The notes under the pieces are model-generated. The model was not told the origin of the DNA, made no database searches, and saw nothing but the letters and a program-made list of their open reading frames with translations. Below, one piece after another: positions 57,072-64,000 of a DNA stretch of 64,000 nucleotides (position 1 is its first letter; each line of letters starts with the position of its first letter). This DNA comes from a virus. The stretch is taken from the IMG/VR virus record IMGVR_UViG_3300044613_003178. One strand, written 5' to 3'. Both the position numbers and the translations under genes were made by a program.

Positions 57072-57947
57072 ATGTCAAATACAAATAATATTGATCAACT
57101 GATTGAATCTTTAAAAACAGAGAATGAAGCACTAATTTTAGTAATTGAAGAATTAGTTGCTCGTTTAGATGAAGCAAAGAAAGTAGCATTAGATCCAGTA
57201 GGTAAGGAAGATTCAGATGTAGATAATAACGGTATAGTTGATGATACTGATAAGTACCTCCTAAACCGTAGAAAAGCAATCGGTAAAGCAATTGCTAAAA
57301 AGAAAGTAAATGAAGATGTTGAAACTTTAGTTGGTATCAAAGTTCCAAAGAGATCAACCAGAAAACACATGGTTCAAGTTGCTAAGGCAATTGCAAATCT
57401 TCGTCCAGAGGAAAGACCAGCAGAGCACAAGAAGGCTGCAATGTATTTTTACAAATCAAATCCCAACTTCGATGCACAGAGATTTAGAAAAGCATCTGGT
57501 ATATCCGATGGAATGGAAAAATCTGATTATCAAAAAGAATCAGTAGAGCAAATTGATGAGATCAGTAAAGCAACAAAGGACGCATATGTTGCAAAGCGTG
57601 GTTCACAACTATCGTCCATGATGTACGGTTCTGGAAAGCACTACGCTTCGCTCACAGGCAAACAACAAGCAAATGCTGTCAAAGGTATCAAGCGAGCAAT
57701 GAATGTAAAAGAAGAAACATTATTAGAAAAATTCAAGAAGGTTTCTTCAGAGATTCGTCATCTCATAAAGGATAAGGGATATCCTCAAAAGAGAGCAGTT
57801 GCTGCTGCTCTTCAAATGAAGCGTGAAGGTAAACTATCAGAAGAAAAAACAAAAGATACTTATGATCCTCGTGCAGCACAAGCAATTGCAAATGCATATA
57901 GAGAGCGTAAACTAAAGAACAAGAAGAAAAAAGGAAACCAAAAATGA
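57072..57947 (+). CDS. Probable head-internal (poly)protein
   Basis: Late promoter; LDPVGKEDSDVDNNG.VD.TDKYL.NRRKAI motif; basic modules separated by L/I/V-x-E sites. Confidence 0.6.
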   Translation: MSNTNNIDQLIESLKTENEALILVIEELVARLDEAKKVALDPVGKEDSDVDNNGIVDDTDKYLLNRRKAIGKAIAKKKVNEDVETLVGIKVPKRSTRKHMVQVAKAIANLRPEERPAEHKKAAMYFYKSNPNFDAQRFRKASGISDGMEKSDYQKESVEQIDEISKATKDAYVAKRGSQLSSMMYGSGKHYASLTGKQQANAVKGIKRAMNVKEETLLEKFKKVSSEIRHLIKDKGYPQKRAVAAALQMKREGKLSEEKTKDTYDPRAAQAIANAYRERKLKNKKKKGNQK

Positions 57948-58159
57948 ATAAAGACGAACATGTTAAAATGTGGGAAAATGCTGCAAAGAGAGCAAATGAT
58001 GCTGAACTCGCAAGACTTCAAAGAAAGTCTGGTATTGATTTAGGTGTTCGTGACACACACCGTGAAGGTCAAGGAGTTACACCAGCAGGTGAAGCAGCAC
58101 AACAGAAAAGAATGAGAGATCAGGAAAAAAGTCAAGAAAAACTTAATAAAGGAAACTAA
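57944..58159 (+). CDS. Hypothetical protein
   Basis: AAGGA RBS; ATGA overlap. Confidence 0.5.
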   Translation: MNKDEHVKMWENAAKRANDAELARLQRKSGIDLGVRDTHREGQGVTPAGEAAQQKRMRDQEKSQEKLNKGN

Positions 58160-58161
58160 AA

Positions 58162-58560
58162 ATGAACAACCCATTAGCACAAAAGTATAATTACTACCTA
58201 AACGAATCACATAGACTTTCAGAGGAACTCCAAAACGAAACCGAATACTCAGAACTCCTAGAGAACATTCTAGTAGAACTAATCGGTGAAGAAGCATTCT
58301 ACGGATTGTTTGAGGATATGGCTCAAACACCAGAGCGTGCAACAGAAACTAACCAAGAAAAAAGAAATTTAAGAAATAAGTATATGAGAGCTTCAGCAGA
58401 TGCTTGGAGAGAAGGTGAAATGGGTTCTGCAGACAGTGCCGATGCCGCACATAATAAAGCAGCAAGAATTGCAGCACAAGAAATTAAATTAGCAAACACA
58501 ATTCGTAAGGAACGAAGCAGCAAGAAACTTTATGGCAAGGGTGGAAAAATTGTAAAATAA
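58162..58560 (+). CDS. MNNPLAQKY-leader protein, paralogue of 61340-61732
   Basis: Shared ~40-aa N-terminus; basic C-terminus. Confidence 0.65.
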   Translation: MNNPLAQKYNYYLNESHRLSEELQNETEYSELLENILVELIGEEAFYGLFEDMAQTPERATETNQEKRNLRNKYMRASADAWREGEMGSADSADAAHNKAARIAAQEIKLANTIRKERSSKKLYGKGGKIVK

Positions 58561-58583
58561 TAAACAATAACAGATTGTAAAAG

Positions 58584-58609
58584 AAAAACCCCGCGTAAGC
58601 GGGGTTTTT
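58584..58609. terminator. Bidirectional intrinsic terminator
   Basis: A5-CCCCGC-GTAA-GCGGGG-T5. Confidence 0.9.
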
Positions 58610-58635
58610 GCTTCGGAGTATATTGTTAGTTAAAC

Positions 58636-58776
58636 TCAGTTAAACCAACCAGCAACTCCCTTGGTGATCCAAGCAACGCCCTTCATGGCGTATGGTAGGA
58701 GTGCAAGGAAAGCGACTAGTTGAAGTGGGTTCTTCCAGCAGAAAGAACCAGTGATTGGACAAGTATTCTTGTTCAT
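58636..58776 (-). CDS. Small membrane protein (46 aa) downstream of the beta-barrel gene
   Basis: AAGGAG RBS; MNKNTCPITGSFCWKNPLQLVAFLALLPYAMKGVAWITKGVAGWFN. Confidence 0.65.
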   Translation of the reverse strand: MNKNTCPITGSFCWKNPLQLVAFLALLPYAMKGVAWITKGVAGWFN

Positions 58777-58799
58777 AGTAAATCTCCTTTAAAATAAAA

Positions 58800-59537
58800 T
58801 TAGAAATTGATTCCAAGACCTAAAGTAACATTCCAACTGTTTTCGTTGCCTGCAGCAACATTTTGCCAAACAGGAATACCAAATCCTGCGTTGACATCAA
58901 CATTGTTGGACACATTCCAAACAGCCTTAGGACCGAGGAATGCAACATCACTACCTTCGGTGTACCATTGATTTAGGTCAACACCGACTGAAAGTGTGTT
59001 CCACTTGTATGCAACAAATGATTCTGCGTTTACCAAGTAAGTAGCAGCATTGCCAAAAACTGGGCTATATGCTACATCACCGTTGAAACGATAATCAAAT
59101 GTTTGGGTGTAAACTACTGCACCCCAAGTCATGTCATAATTTGCACCGATGTGTGGGTTGACATTATCAGTACCATAACCAGCAGAGCCAGTTGGTAACC
59201 AAACACCACCCTCAACAGCGACATTAGTGACAGAACCAAGGAAATTGACCTTGCTTAGAACTGCGTAATCTAAACCAAGATCAATTGCACCGTAACCAGT
59301 ATAATCTTGTGAGTAAACTGGTACAGTGACATGCCAACCTGCCATGTCGAACAACTTACCCTTTACGGTTGAGTCTAGTTCGACAACTGTATCTACATTC
59401 TTCTTGCCCCAGAAGGTTAGACCTTCCTCGACAGAAATGTTTGATACAACTGGAGTTGGTGCAGGTGCAGGAGCAGCATTTTGTGCTGCTGCAACACCGC
59501 AAAGTGAAAGTGCTAAAGTAGCGATTAAGTTTCTCAT
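58800..59537 (-). CDS. Outer-membrane beta-barrel protein
   Basis: Signal peptide (AAA/Q), alternating amphipathic strands, LPTG motif, C-terminal LGLGINF. Confidence 0.8.
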   Translation of the reverse strand: MRNLIATLALSLCGVAAAQNAAPAPAPTPVVSNISVEEGLTFWGKKNVDTVVELDSTVKGKLFDMAGWHVTVPVYSQDYTGYGAIDLGLDYAVLSKVNFLGSVTNVAVEGGVWLPTGSAGYGTDNVNPHIGANYDMTWGAVVYTQTFDYRFNGDVAYSPVFGNAATYLVNAESFVAYKWNTLSVGVDLNQWYTEGSDVAFLGPKAVWNVSNNVDVNAGFGIPVWQNVAAGNENSWNVTLGLGINF

Positions 59538-59581
59538 TCTATCTCCTTATTTGTAAAATCCCTACTCCGAAGGGATGTAGT

Positions 59582-59622
59582 GGTATATAGCAAAACTCCC
59601 ACCGTGTCAAGTGGGAGTTTGC
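59582..59622 (-). promoter_or_regulatory. Sigma70-like promoter (TTGACA-N17-TATACC) embedded in a terminator-like hairpin
   Basis: The -35 box lies in the loop of AAACTCCCAC/GTGGGAGTTT. Confidence 0.55.
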
Positions 59623-59681
59623 GGGTTTAATATTTACAATATGTGATTTTGAGTTAAAAATTCATCATCTTCTTCTTTTTA

Positions 59682-60452
59682 TTATAAAAAACTTGCGATA
59701 CTCAACAACATAAATGCACCAGGTGAAGGAATATTTGATTCATTTTGTCCAAATACAAAAGGACTATCTTGAAATGGTAAAAGTTGATACTGTAATGATG
59801 GAATCTCTGGTGGTATATCCATCATAAACACTGAAAAATCATAAGTTGAGATGTTTGTAACTTTTGGTGGAGTGTAAATTGGTGGATCTACAATCAATTG
59901 AGTTGGTTTAGTGATCAAAGATGATACAACTGTGCTTTCTAAGGGTATCCAAGGTAAATTATTATCAGTTCTTGAGTCGGTTATAACAATATTTTGCTCA
60001 AAACCACCAAAATCAGTCAATTTTAGTAAAGAAGTTGGTTTAAATTCTGTAAAACTTACATCTTTAGACACTTTTTTTGGTTTTTCTGACTTTTCTTCAC
60101 TCGAATTGATACCAGTGATCTTGTCTTGGACACTTTTTACTTCCTCTACCTTTGCAAATATCTTATCAAATGCTTCTTGTCCGAGGATAGTAACACCCAC
60201 AACTGTAGCCAATTGAAAGGCTATTAGTTGTTTTTTCATTTTTTCAACTTTTTCTTCTGCTTCTAAAGCCGTTTTTTCTAATTCCGCCTTTTTTTCACGC
60301 TCTGCTGCATCTCTTGCCGCAGCGCAATTTTTTAAATCTTGCTTTAGTTTTTCTTTTTCTTCATTTTTTAAAGTTTCACAGGTTTCACATGATGCATGAT
60401 TATGCTTATGTTCTGCCATGCTTGATGACTTTCCGTAAGAAGGAATAGCCAT
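59682..60452 (-). CDS. Coiled-coil/TM protein with PEP-CTERM-like C-terminus (basic tail in the -1 frame)
   Basis: Ends IPSPGAFMLLSIASFL; the -1 frame continues FIIKRRR to a stop at 59665. Confidence 0.65.
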   Translation of the reverse strand: MAIPSYGKSSSMAEHKHNHASCETCETLKNEEKEKLKQDLKNCAAARDAAEREKKAELEKTALEAEEKVEKMKKQLIAFQLATVVGVTILGQEAFDKIFAKVEEVKSVQDKITGINSSEEKSEKPKKVSKDVSFTEFKPTSLLKLTDFGGFEQNIVITDSRTDNNLPWIPLESTVVSSLITKPTQLIVDPPIYTPPKVTNISTYDFSVFMMDIPPEIPSLQYQLLPFQDSPFVFGQNESNIPSPGAFMLLSIASFL

Positions 60453-60476
60453 AACCTAGATTTTCATTCATCACCG

Positions 60477-60488
60477 TATTTATACATA
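60477..60488. promoter_or_regulatory. Overlapping divergent late promoters (TATAAATA on -, TATACATA on +)
   Basis: Sequence TATTTATACATA between divergent genes. Confidence 0.55.
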
Positions 60489-60505
60489 AAGAAAAGGAGA
60501 TTATC

Positions 60506-60706
60506 ATGAGCAAAAGTGAAAATTTAGAGTTACAACTCAAGGCACAAGTAGAATACACCCAATTACTGGAAGCAATTTTAGAAAAAGCATTCGGTGAAGA
60601 GGGATTTAAGAATTTAATGGAAGAACTTGCAGAAGATGCTGCAAAGAACAACTTAGAAATCCCAAAAGCAAAAACTAAGAAATACAAGGAACGAGTCAAG
60701 AAATGA
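60506..60706 (+). CDS. Small protein related to the MNNPLAQKY leader
   Basis: EYTQLLEAILEKAFGEEGF aligns with EYSELLENILVELIGEEAF. Confidence 0.6.
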   Translation: MSKSENLELQLKAQVEYTQLLEAILEKAFGEEGFKNLMEELAEDAAKNNLEIPKAKTKKYKERVKK

Positions 60707-61086
60707 AGAATTTTAAAGAGTACTTGGATGAAGCATCAAACGACCACAATGTAGGTTCTTATATACCTGGTGTTTCAAAACATAAACTTGGTCGTTTAGA
60801 AAAAATTGCACATATTGCAAGAAGAGAAACAATGTCAAGCGGCAATACACCCAAGGTACAAAGAGCATTGCACCAATTAAAGTCTCATGGTGTTAATGTT
60901 CAACCCGGTGGTCTTCATCCAGATGCATGGGCTGATCATCCAGAACGCGGTGGATCACCTTCAAACTTAGGCGGTTTCGGTAAAGATAAATTAGTAGCAG
61001 ATCCTTCAATGACACCCGTAAGAAGAAACACTCAAAAAGGATTTCAAAGAGAATTGAGTGCTGAAAGAAGAAGAAACCAACAATGA
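60703..61086 (+). CDS. Probable head-internal protein (MKNFKEYLDE leader)
   Basis: Capsid-targeting-like leader; basic body. Confidence 0.6.
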   Translation: MKNFKEYLDEASNDHNVGSYIPGVSKHKLGRLEKIAHIARRETMSSGNTPKVQRALHQLKSHGVNVQPGGLHPDAWADHPERGGSPSNLGGFGKDKLVADPSMTPVRRNTQKGFQRELSAERRRNQQ

Positions 61087-61316
61087 AAACTTTTTTTGAA
61101 TTTAAAGATTTCTTAACACCAGGAAGAGAAAGAGTGCTCCAAGCAGCAGATATTCATGGTGATAAACTAAAAAGTTCACGAAAAAGTAAAGAATATGTGC
61201 AAGGTAATATAAAAAAAGAAAGAGCACTTGCTATTTTGAATCGTGCAGTTGAACCAACACAAAAAAACAAAGAAAATGCAAAGTTCTGGAGAGATCAAAC
61301 AAGATTTTGGAAGTAA
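61083..61316 (+). CDS. Small basic protein (MKTFFEF leader)
   Basis: Leader resembles the internal-protein motif. Confidence 0.5.
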   Translation: MKTFFEFKDFLTPGRERVLQAADIHGDKLKSSRKSKEYVQGNIKKERALAILNRAVEPTQKNKENAKFWRDQTRFWK

Positions 61317-61339
61317 TAAATACGATTAAAGGAAAACAA

Positions 61340-61732
61340 ATGAACAATCCATTAGCACAAAAATACAATTACTACCTAAACGAGTCACATAGACTCTCAG
61401 AAGAACTAAAGTCAGAACAAGAGTACTCAGAACTTCTAGAGAACATTTTAGTAGATCTTCTAGATGAAGAAGAGTTAACAGAAAATATCAAAAAGAAACT
61501 CGGAGCAGCACTCTTAGCAGCAGGTCTTGGTGCAGGTCTTGGTGGTGCAGCCGGTAGTGCAGCAGGATCAGTAGAGCACACATTCAAAGAACCCGAAAAG
61601 ACAATGGTAGGTAAAGTAGAAGCAGCAAAGAAAGCAACAGCAGCGGCAGCAGCAGGATTGAGTACTGGTGCTGGACTCGGTGCGGTAACTGGTGCTGGAG
61701 CAGCAGCAGCAAGAATGAAAAAGAAGAAATAG
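61340..61732 (+). CDS. MNNPLAQKY-leader protein with Gly/Ala-rich hydrophobic segments
   Basis: AAGGA RBS; ATAAATA just upstream; start chosen by paralogy with 58162. Confidence 0.65.
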   Translation: MNNPLAQKYNYYLNESHRLSEELKSEQEYSELLENILVDLLDEEELTENIKKKLGAALLAAGLGAGLGGAAGSAAGSVEHTFKEPEKTMVGKVEAAKKATAAAAAGLSTGAGLGAVTGAGAAAARMKKKK

Positions 61733-61761
61733 AGGAGAGTAAGTAATACTCTTTAAATTAT

Positions 61762-61795
61762 AAAAAAGAACCCCGCCGAAGCGGGGTTTTTTATT
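61762..61795. terminator. Bidirectional intrinsic terminator
   Basis: AACCCCGC-CGAA-GCGGGGTT flanked by A and T tracts. Confidence 0.9.
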
Positions 61796-61808
61796 TCTTT
61801 AAATGTCT

Positions 61809-62228
61809 TTATTTACCTTTAGTCTTTTTACTAATTGCTGCTGCAGCCTTCTTAATAACTCCAAGGTTTATACCTTTCTTAGAACCTCCAAATATAGCAT
61901 CATATCCATCGTATCCCTTTCCTTTCATTGGAGTTAGTGTAGGTTTTGAAGCAGGAACATCACGCGAATCCAAATCATCATACTTTTCAATTTCTCTTCT
62001 TTCTAATTCATCATCAGCGATACCATAGTGATAAGGACTTTTCTTCATAGTATTGTGAAGTTTAGTTAATGACTTTGTATGTGGTGAACTTGCTCCCAAT
62101 ACCTTTGTTGCTTTTTTGACATTTGCTCTACTTGCTGCTGCTGATGTAGGACTATCAAAAACATCTTCTAAAATGCTCTTTACGACATTATTTACATATT
62201 CTCTAAGGGATGATTCGTTAATATTCAT
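61809..62228 (-). CDS. Hypothetical basic protein, possible head-internal protein
   Basis: MNINESSLREYV...ILE leader; CTAAATA upstream at 62250-62256. Confidence 0.55.
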   Translation of the reverse strand: MNINESSLREYVNNVVKSILEDVFDSPTSAAASRANVKKATKVLGASSPHTKSLTKLHNTMKKSPYHYGIADDELERREIEKYDDLDSRDVPASKPTLTPMKGKGYDGYDAIFGGSKKGINLGVIKKAAAAISKKTKGK

Positions 62229-62269
62229 GGGTATAGTTCCTTTTATGTGTATTTAGTAAATTAGGGAGT

Positions 62270-62393
62270 GGGGGATCCTAATAGAAAGTATTTACAGTTT
62301 TGGGGGTGGGGGTGTGTTTTTTAAATTTGGATACGGGGGATCCTATTTGAAAAGTTTATAGGATTTGGGGGTAGGGGGGTATTTTTAAAATTG
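62270..62393 (+). repeat. Two imperfect ~60-bp direct repeats with G5-G6 tracts (period 65 bp)
   Basis: GGGGGATCCTA...TTTGGGGGT.GGGG...TTTTTAAA starting at 62270 and 62335. Confidence 0.75.
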
Positions 62394-62742
62394 AGGGGTT
62401 AAAGAGAAAGAGAGGATGGGTGCTTAATACGGCAGAGGCTCACCCCCCACCCATACGCCGAAACACTGTTTTTTTCAGTTTGAGACTCGCCCATATAAGC
62501 AGATAGCGAGCGAATACAGGGAAATTCAATATGTGAACTTGAACCCATTCCGCCATCTATAGATGTCCCAGGTATTCCTCTGGTGTCTCTGATGCTACCA
62601 AATGCTTCAAATATGCTTGATTTTCCTTTACAATTTGATAGAATAATTTGAGTTCTAATATTTGAAATGTATGGCTGCTCGATTTGGTCCTGGGCGTGCT
62701 CGAGCTGCTCGATCTGTGACAAGTGCATAAGTTCAAATAAAG

Positions 62743-62777
62743 AAAAACCCCACATATACGGTTAGGCATATGTGGGG
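62743..62777 (-). terminator. Intrinsic terminator of the GC-rich gene block
   Basis: Stem CCCCACATAT/ATATGTGGGG followed by T5 on the minus strand. Confidence 0.7.
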
Positions 62778-62798
62778 CAGACCCATGATTCGGGATTT

Positions 62799-63002
62799 TC
62801 AGATTTGGGGTTCTTCAGGTCGATCCAAAGGCTTCACATCCTTCGGAGGACCGTAGTCCTTTCGTCCCATCTGCTTCATGCGCTTCCATTGGTCACGCTT
62901 CTTGTTCTGTAGACGCTTGCGGCGCTTGTCTCGACCGGGTTTCTCAAACATCGGGATTTTCCTCGTCACCATCGTCCTCGGGATCGCTTCCAACGCTCTC
63001 AC
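62799..63002 (-). CDS. Small basic hypothetical protein (start uncertain)
   Basis: Arg/Lys-rich; ends just before the terminator. Confidence 0.5.
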   Translation of the reverse strand: MRALEAIPRTMVTRKIPMFEKPGRDKRRKRLQNKKRDQWKRMKQMGRKDYGPPKDVKPLDRPEEPQI

Positions 63003-63240
63003 GGAACAGAATCTCGTAACCCTCGGGCGACAAAGAACTTACGAGAAACTCACGATCCCCGTCGTTCAGGTAGGGAAACAGCGTCTTGCTGCTACCCTTT
63101 CCATGCACCCATGCGTCCCAATGATCGCGTTCCACGATCACGGAGAAATGCTTGGATGTCACGATACACCTACGGGAAATCGTGTAGGGATTCGTGAAAG
63201 TGGGCTTCGGATCAGGAACGACACGCTTTTCTGCTCTCAT
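62944..63240 (-). CDS. Hypothetical protein (FPYL...DREFL.S motif)
   Basis: GAGG RBS; ATGA overlap. Confidence 0.6.
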   Translation of the reverse strand: MRAEKRVVPDPKPTFTNPYTISRRCIVTSKHFSVIVERDHWDAWVHGKGSSKTLFPYLNDGDREFLVSSLSPEGYEILFRESVGSDPEDDGDEENPDV

Positions 63241-63497
63241 TCGATCACCTCGTGGGAGTTCTCGGGGACGATCATGGTCGAATCAGAAATCGACATTTCG
63301 ACCATTGGAATGATGCCTTCGATGGTGACGACACCACGCTCCAGCATGGCGAAGTCCTCATCGGTGATCGTGACCATCGACACATTGTGCTGTCGTGGAT
63401 CGACCCAAATAGCGGGATCGCCTGGATTCTTGGCTGCGAGAACGATCAGAGAGCGAAACTTCGGTTCAGTACGGGTCTTGAGTGAAGGAGTGGTCAT
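63237..63497 (-). CDS. Hypothetical protein
   Basis: Co-oriented and coupled to the next ORF. Confidence 0.5.
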   Translation of the reverse strand: MTTPSLKTRTEPKFRSLIVLAAKNPGDPAIWVDPRQHNVSMVTITDEDFAMLERGVVTIEGIIPMVEMSISDSTMIVPENSHEVIE

Positions 63498-63594
63498 CGG
63501 TCTTTCCGAAACAGGTTTTCAAGTGAACTGCTAGCCAGCACCATGCCGATCAGCAGAAGAAGTACGAGAGTGATTGCTTCATCCATTTGAAACG

Positions 63595-63620
63595 AGGAAA
63601 GGGGGGTCTTGCGACCCCCC
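63595..63620 (-). terminator. GC-rich hairpin (terminator-like)
   Basis: GGGGGGTC-GCAA-GACCCCCC followed by TTT on the minus strand. Confidence 0.55.
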
Positions 63621-63645
63621 TCGTATTCCTCACCTCATCGTGCGA

Positions 63646-63900
63646 TTAGGCGCGGCTGACGCTGATGTTCGCGTCGCTCATGCCGGTGCCGAGGCGGCTG
63701 TTCCAGCGGTCGATCACGATGGGCAGACCAGCATCCGTCACCTCGTAGGTGTAGGTGCCGCCGTCCGACTCAATCAGACGCACATTGCTACCGGCGATGC
63801 GAGCAGCAAAGGCATCGAACTTGCTGTCCGTGCTGTTCTCGTACAGATCAACGGTGACGGTGGCGACGAAAGACGGACGGAACTTGTTGCGATTCTTCAT
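63646..63900 (-). CDS. Hypothetical protein
   Basis: GGAG RBS; followed by the hairpin. Confidence 0.6.
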   Translation of the reverse strand: MKNRNKFRPSFVATVTVDLYENSTDSKFDAFAARIAGSNVRLIESDGGTYTYEVTDAGLPIVIDRWNSRLGTGMSDANISVSRA

Positions 63901-64000
63901 AGTGAAATCTCCAAAGTAACTGCTAGAGTCGCTCTAGCGGGCGTGGTGGTGGGTTAGTTCACCGAGACAACCCATTGGGAAAGGTTTGGGATGCGATTAG

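Noticed and set aside
62399-62769. ORFs 62399-62755 and 62557-62769
   Set aside because: They start within a terminator, lack an RBS and have no protein-like features; treated as non-coding.
1-64000. Stop-codon reassignment
   Set aside because: Conserved genes are full length under code 11, TAA, TAG and TGA all end genes at expected positions, and no suppressor tRNA is present.
1-64000. Introns, inteins, homing endonucleases, integrase, or retron/DGR reverse transcriptase
   Set aside because: No such motifs were recognised in any ORF; a highly diverged element cannot be excluded without searches.

Overview
A 64 kb segment of a large, AT-rich T4-like myovirus genome resembling cyanophage/pelagiphage relatives. 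(1) 1-28.1 kb: tail and baseplate module with a partial fibre-like protein, a DUF4815/VrlC-type virion protein, gp8, gp7-like, gp6, gp25, PAAR, gp5 split into two genes, a hub protein, gp53, gp54, gp4, gp48, gp26/gp51 and a tape-measure-like protein. (2) 28.2-29.4 kb: gp32 SSB and gp33. (3) 29.4-40.8 kb: 15 contiguous nucleotide-sugar, glycosyltransferase and methyltransferase genes. (4) 40.8-62.2 kb: accessory region with 17 tRNAs (including Ser-ACT, Ile-TAT and two short-arm Leu tRNAs), a circularly permuted two-piece tmRNA behind a late promoter, two unexplained structured non-coding elements, a C5 DNA methyltransferase with a nested alternative-frame ORF, a SpoU/TrmH methyltransferase, a Zn-deaminase, purA and guaC, a SET protein, a lysozyme-domain protein, three PEP-CTERM-like proteins, an outer-membrane beta-barrel and a family of probable head-internal proteins. 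(5) 62.2-64 kb: a G-tract repeat region, then a switch to GC-richer small ORFs. The sorting-signal variant, tRNA set and nucleotide-rebalancing genes suggest a GC-rich diderm host, possibly Phycisphaerae/Planctomycetota (inference). Most notable: the permuted tmRNA, a candidate lambda G/GT-like -1 frameshift joining gp26 and gp51, and a possible surface-glycoprotein system (PEP-CTERM substrates plus the glycosylation island). All family assignments come from motif recognition by eye; no searches were run.
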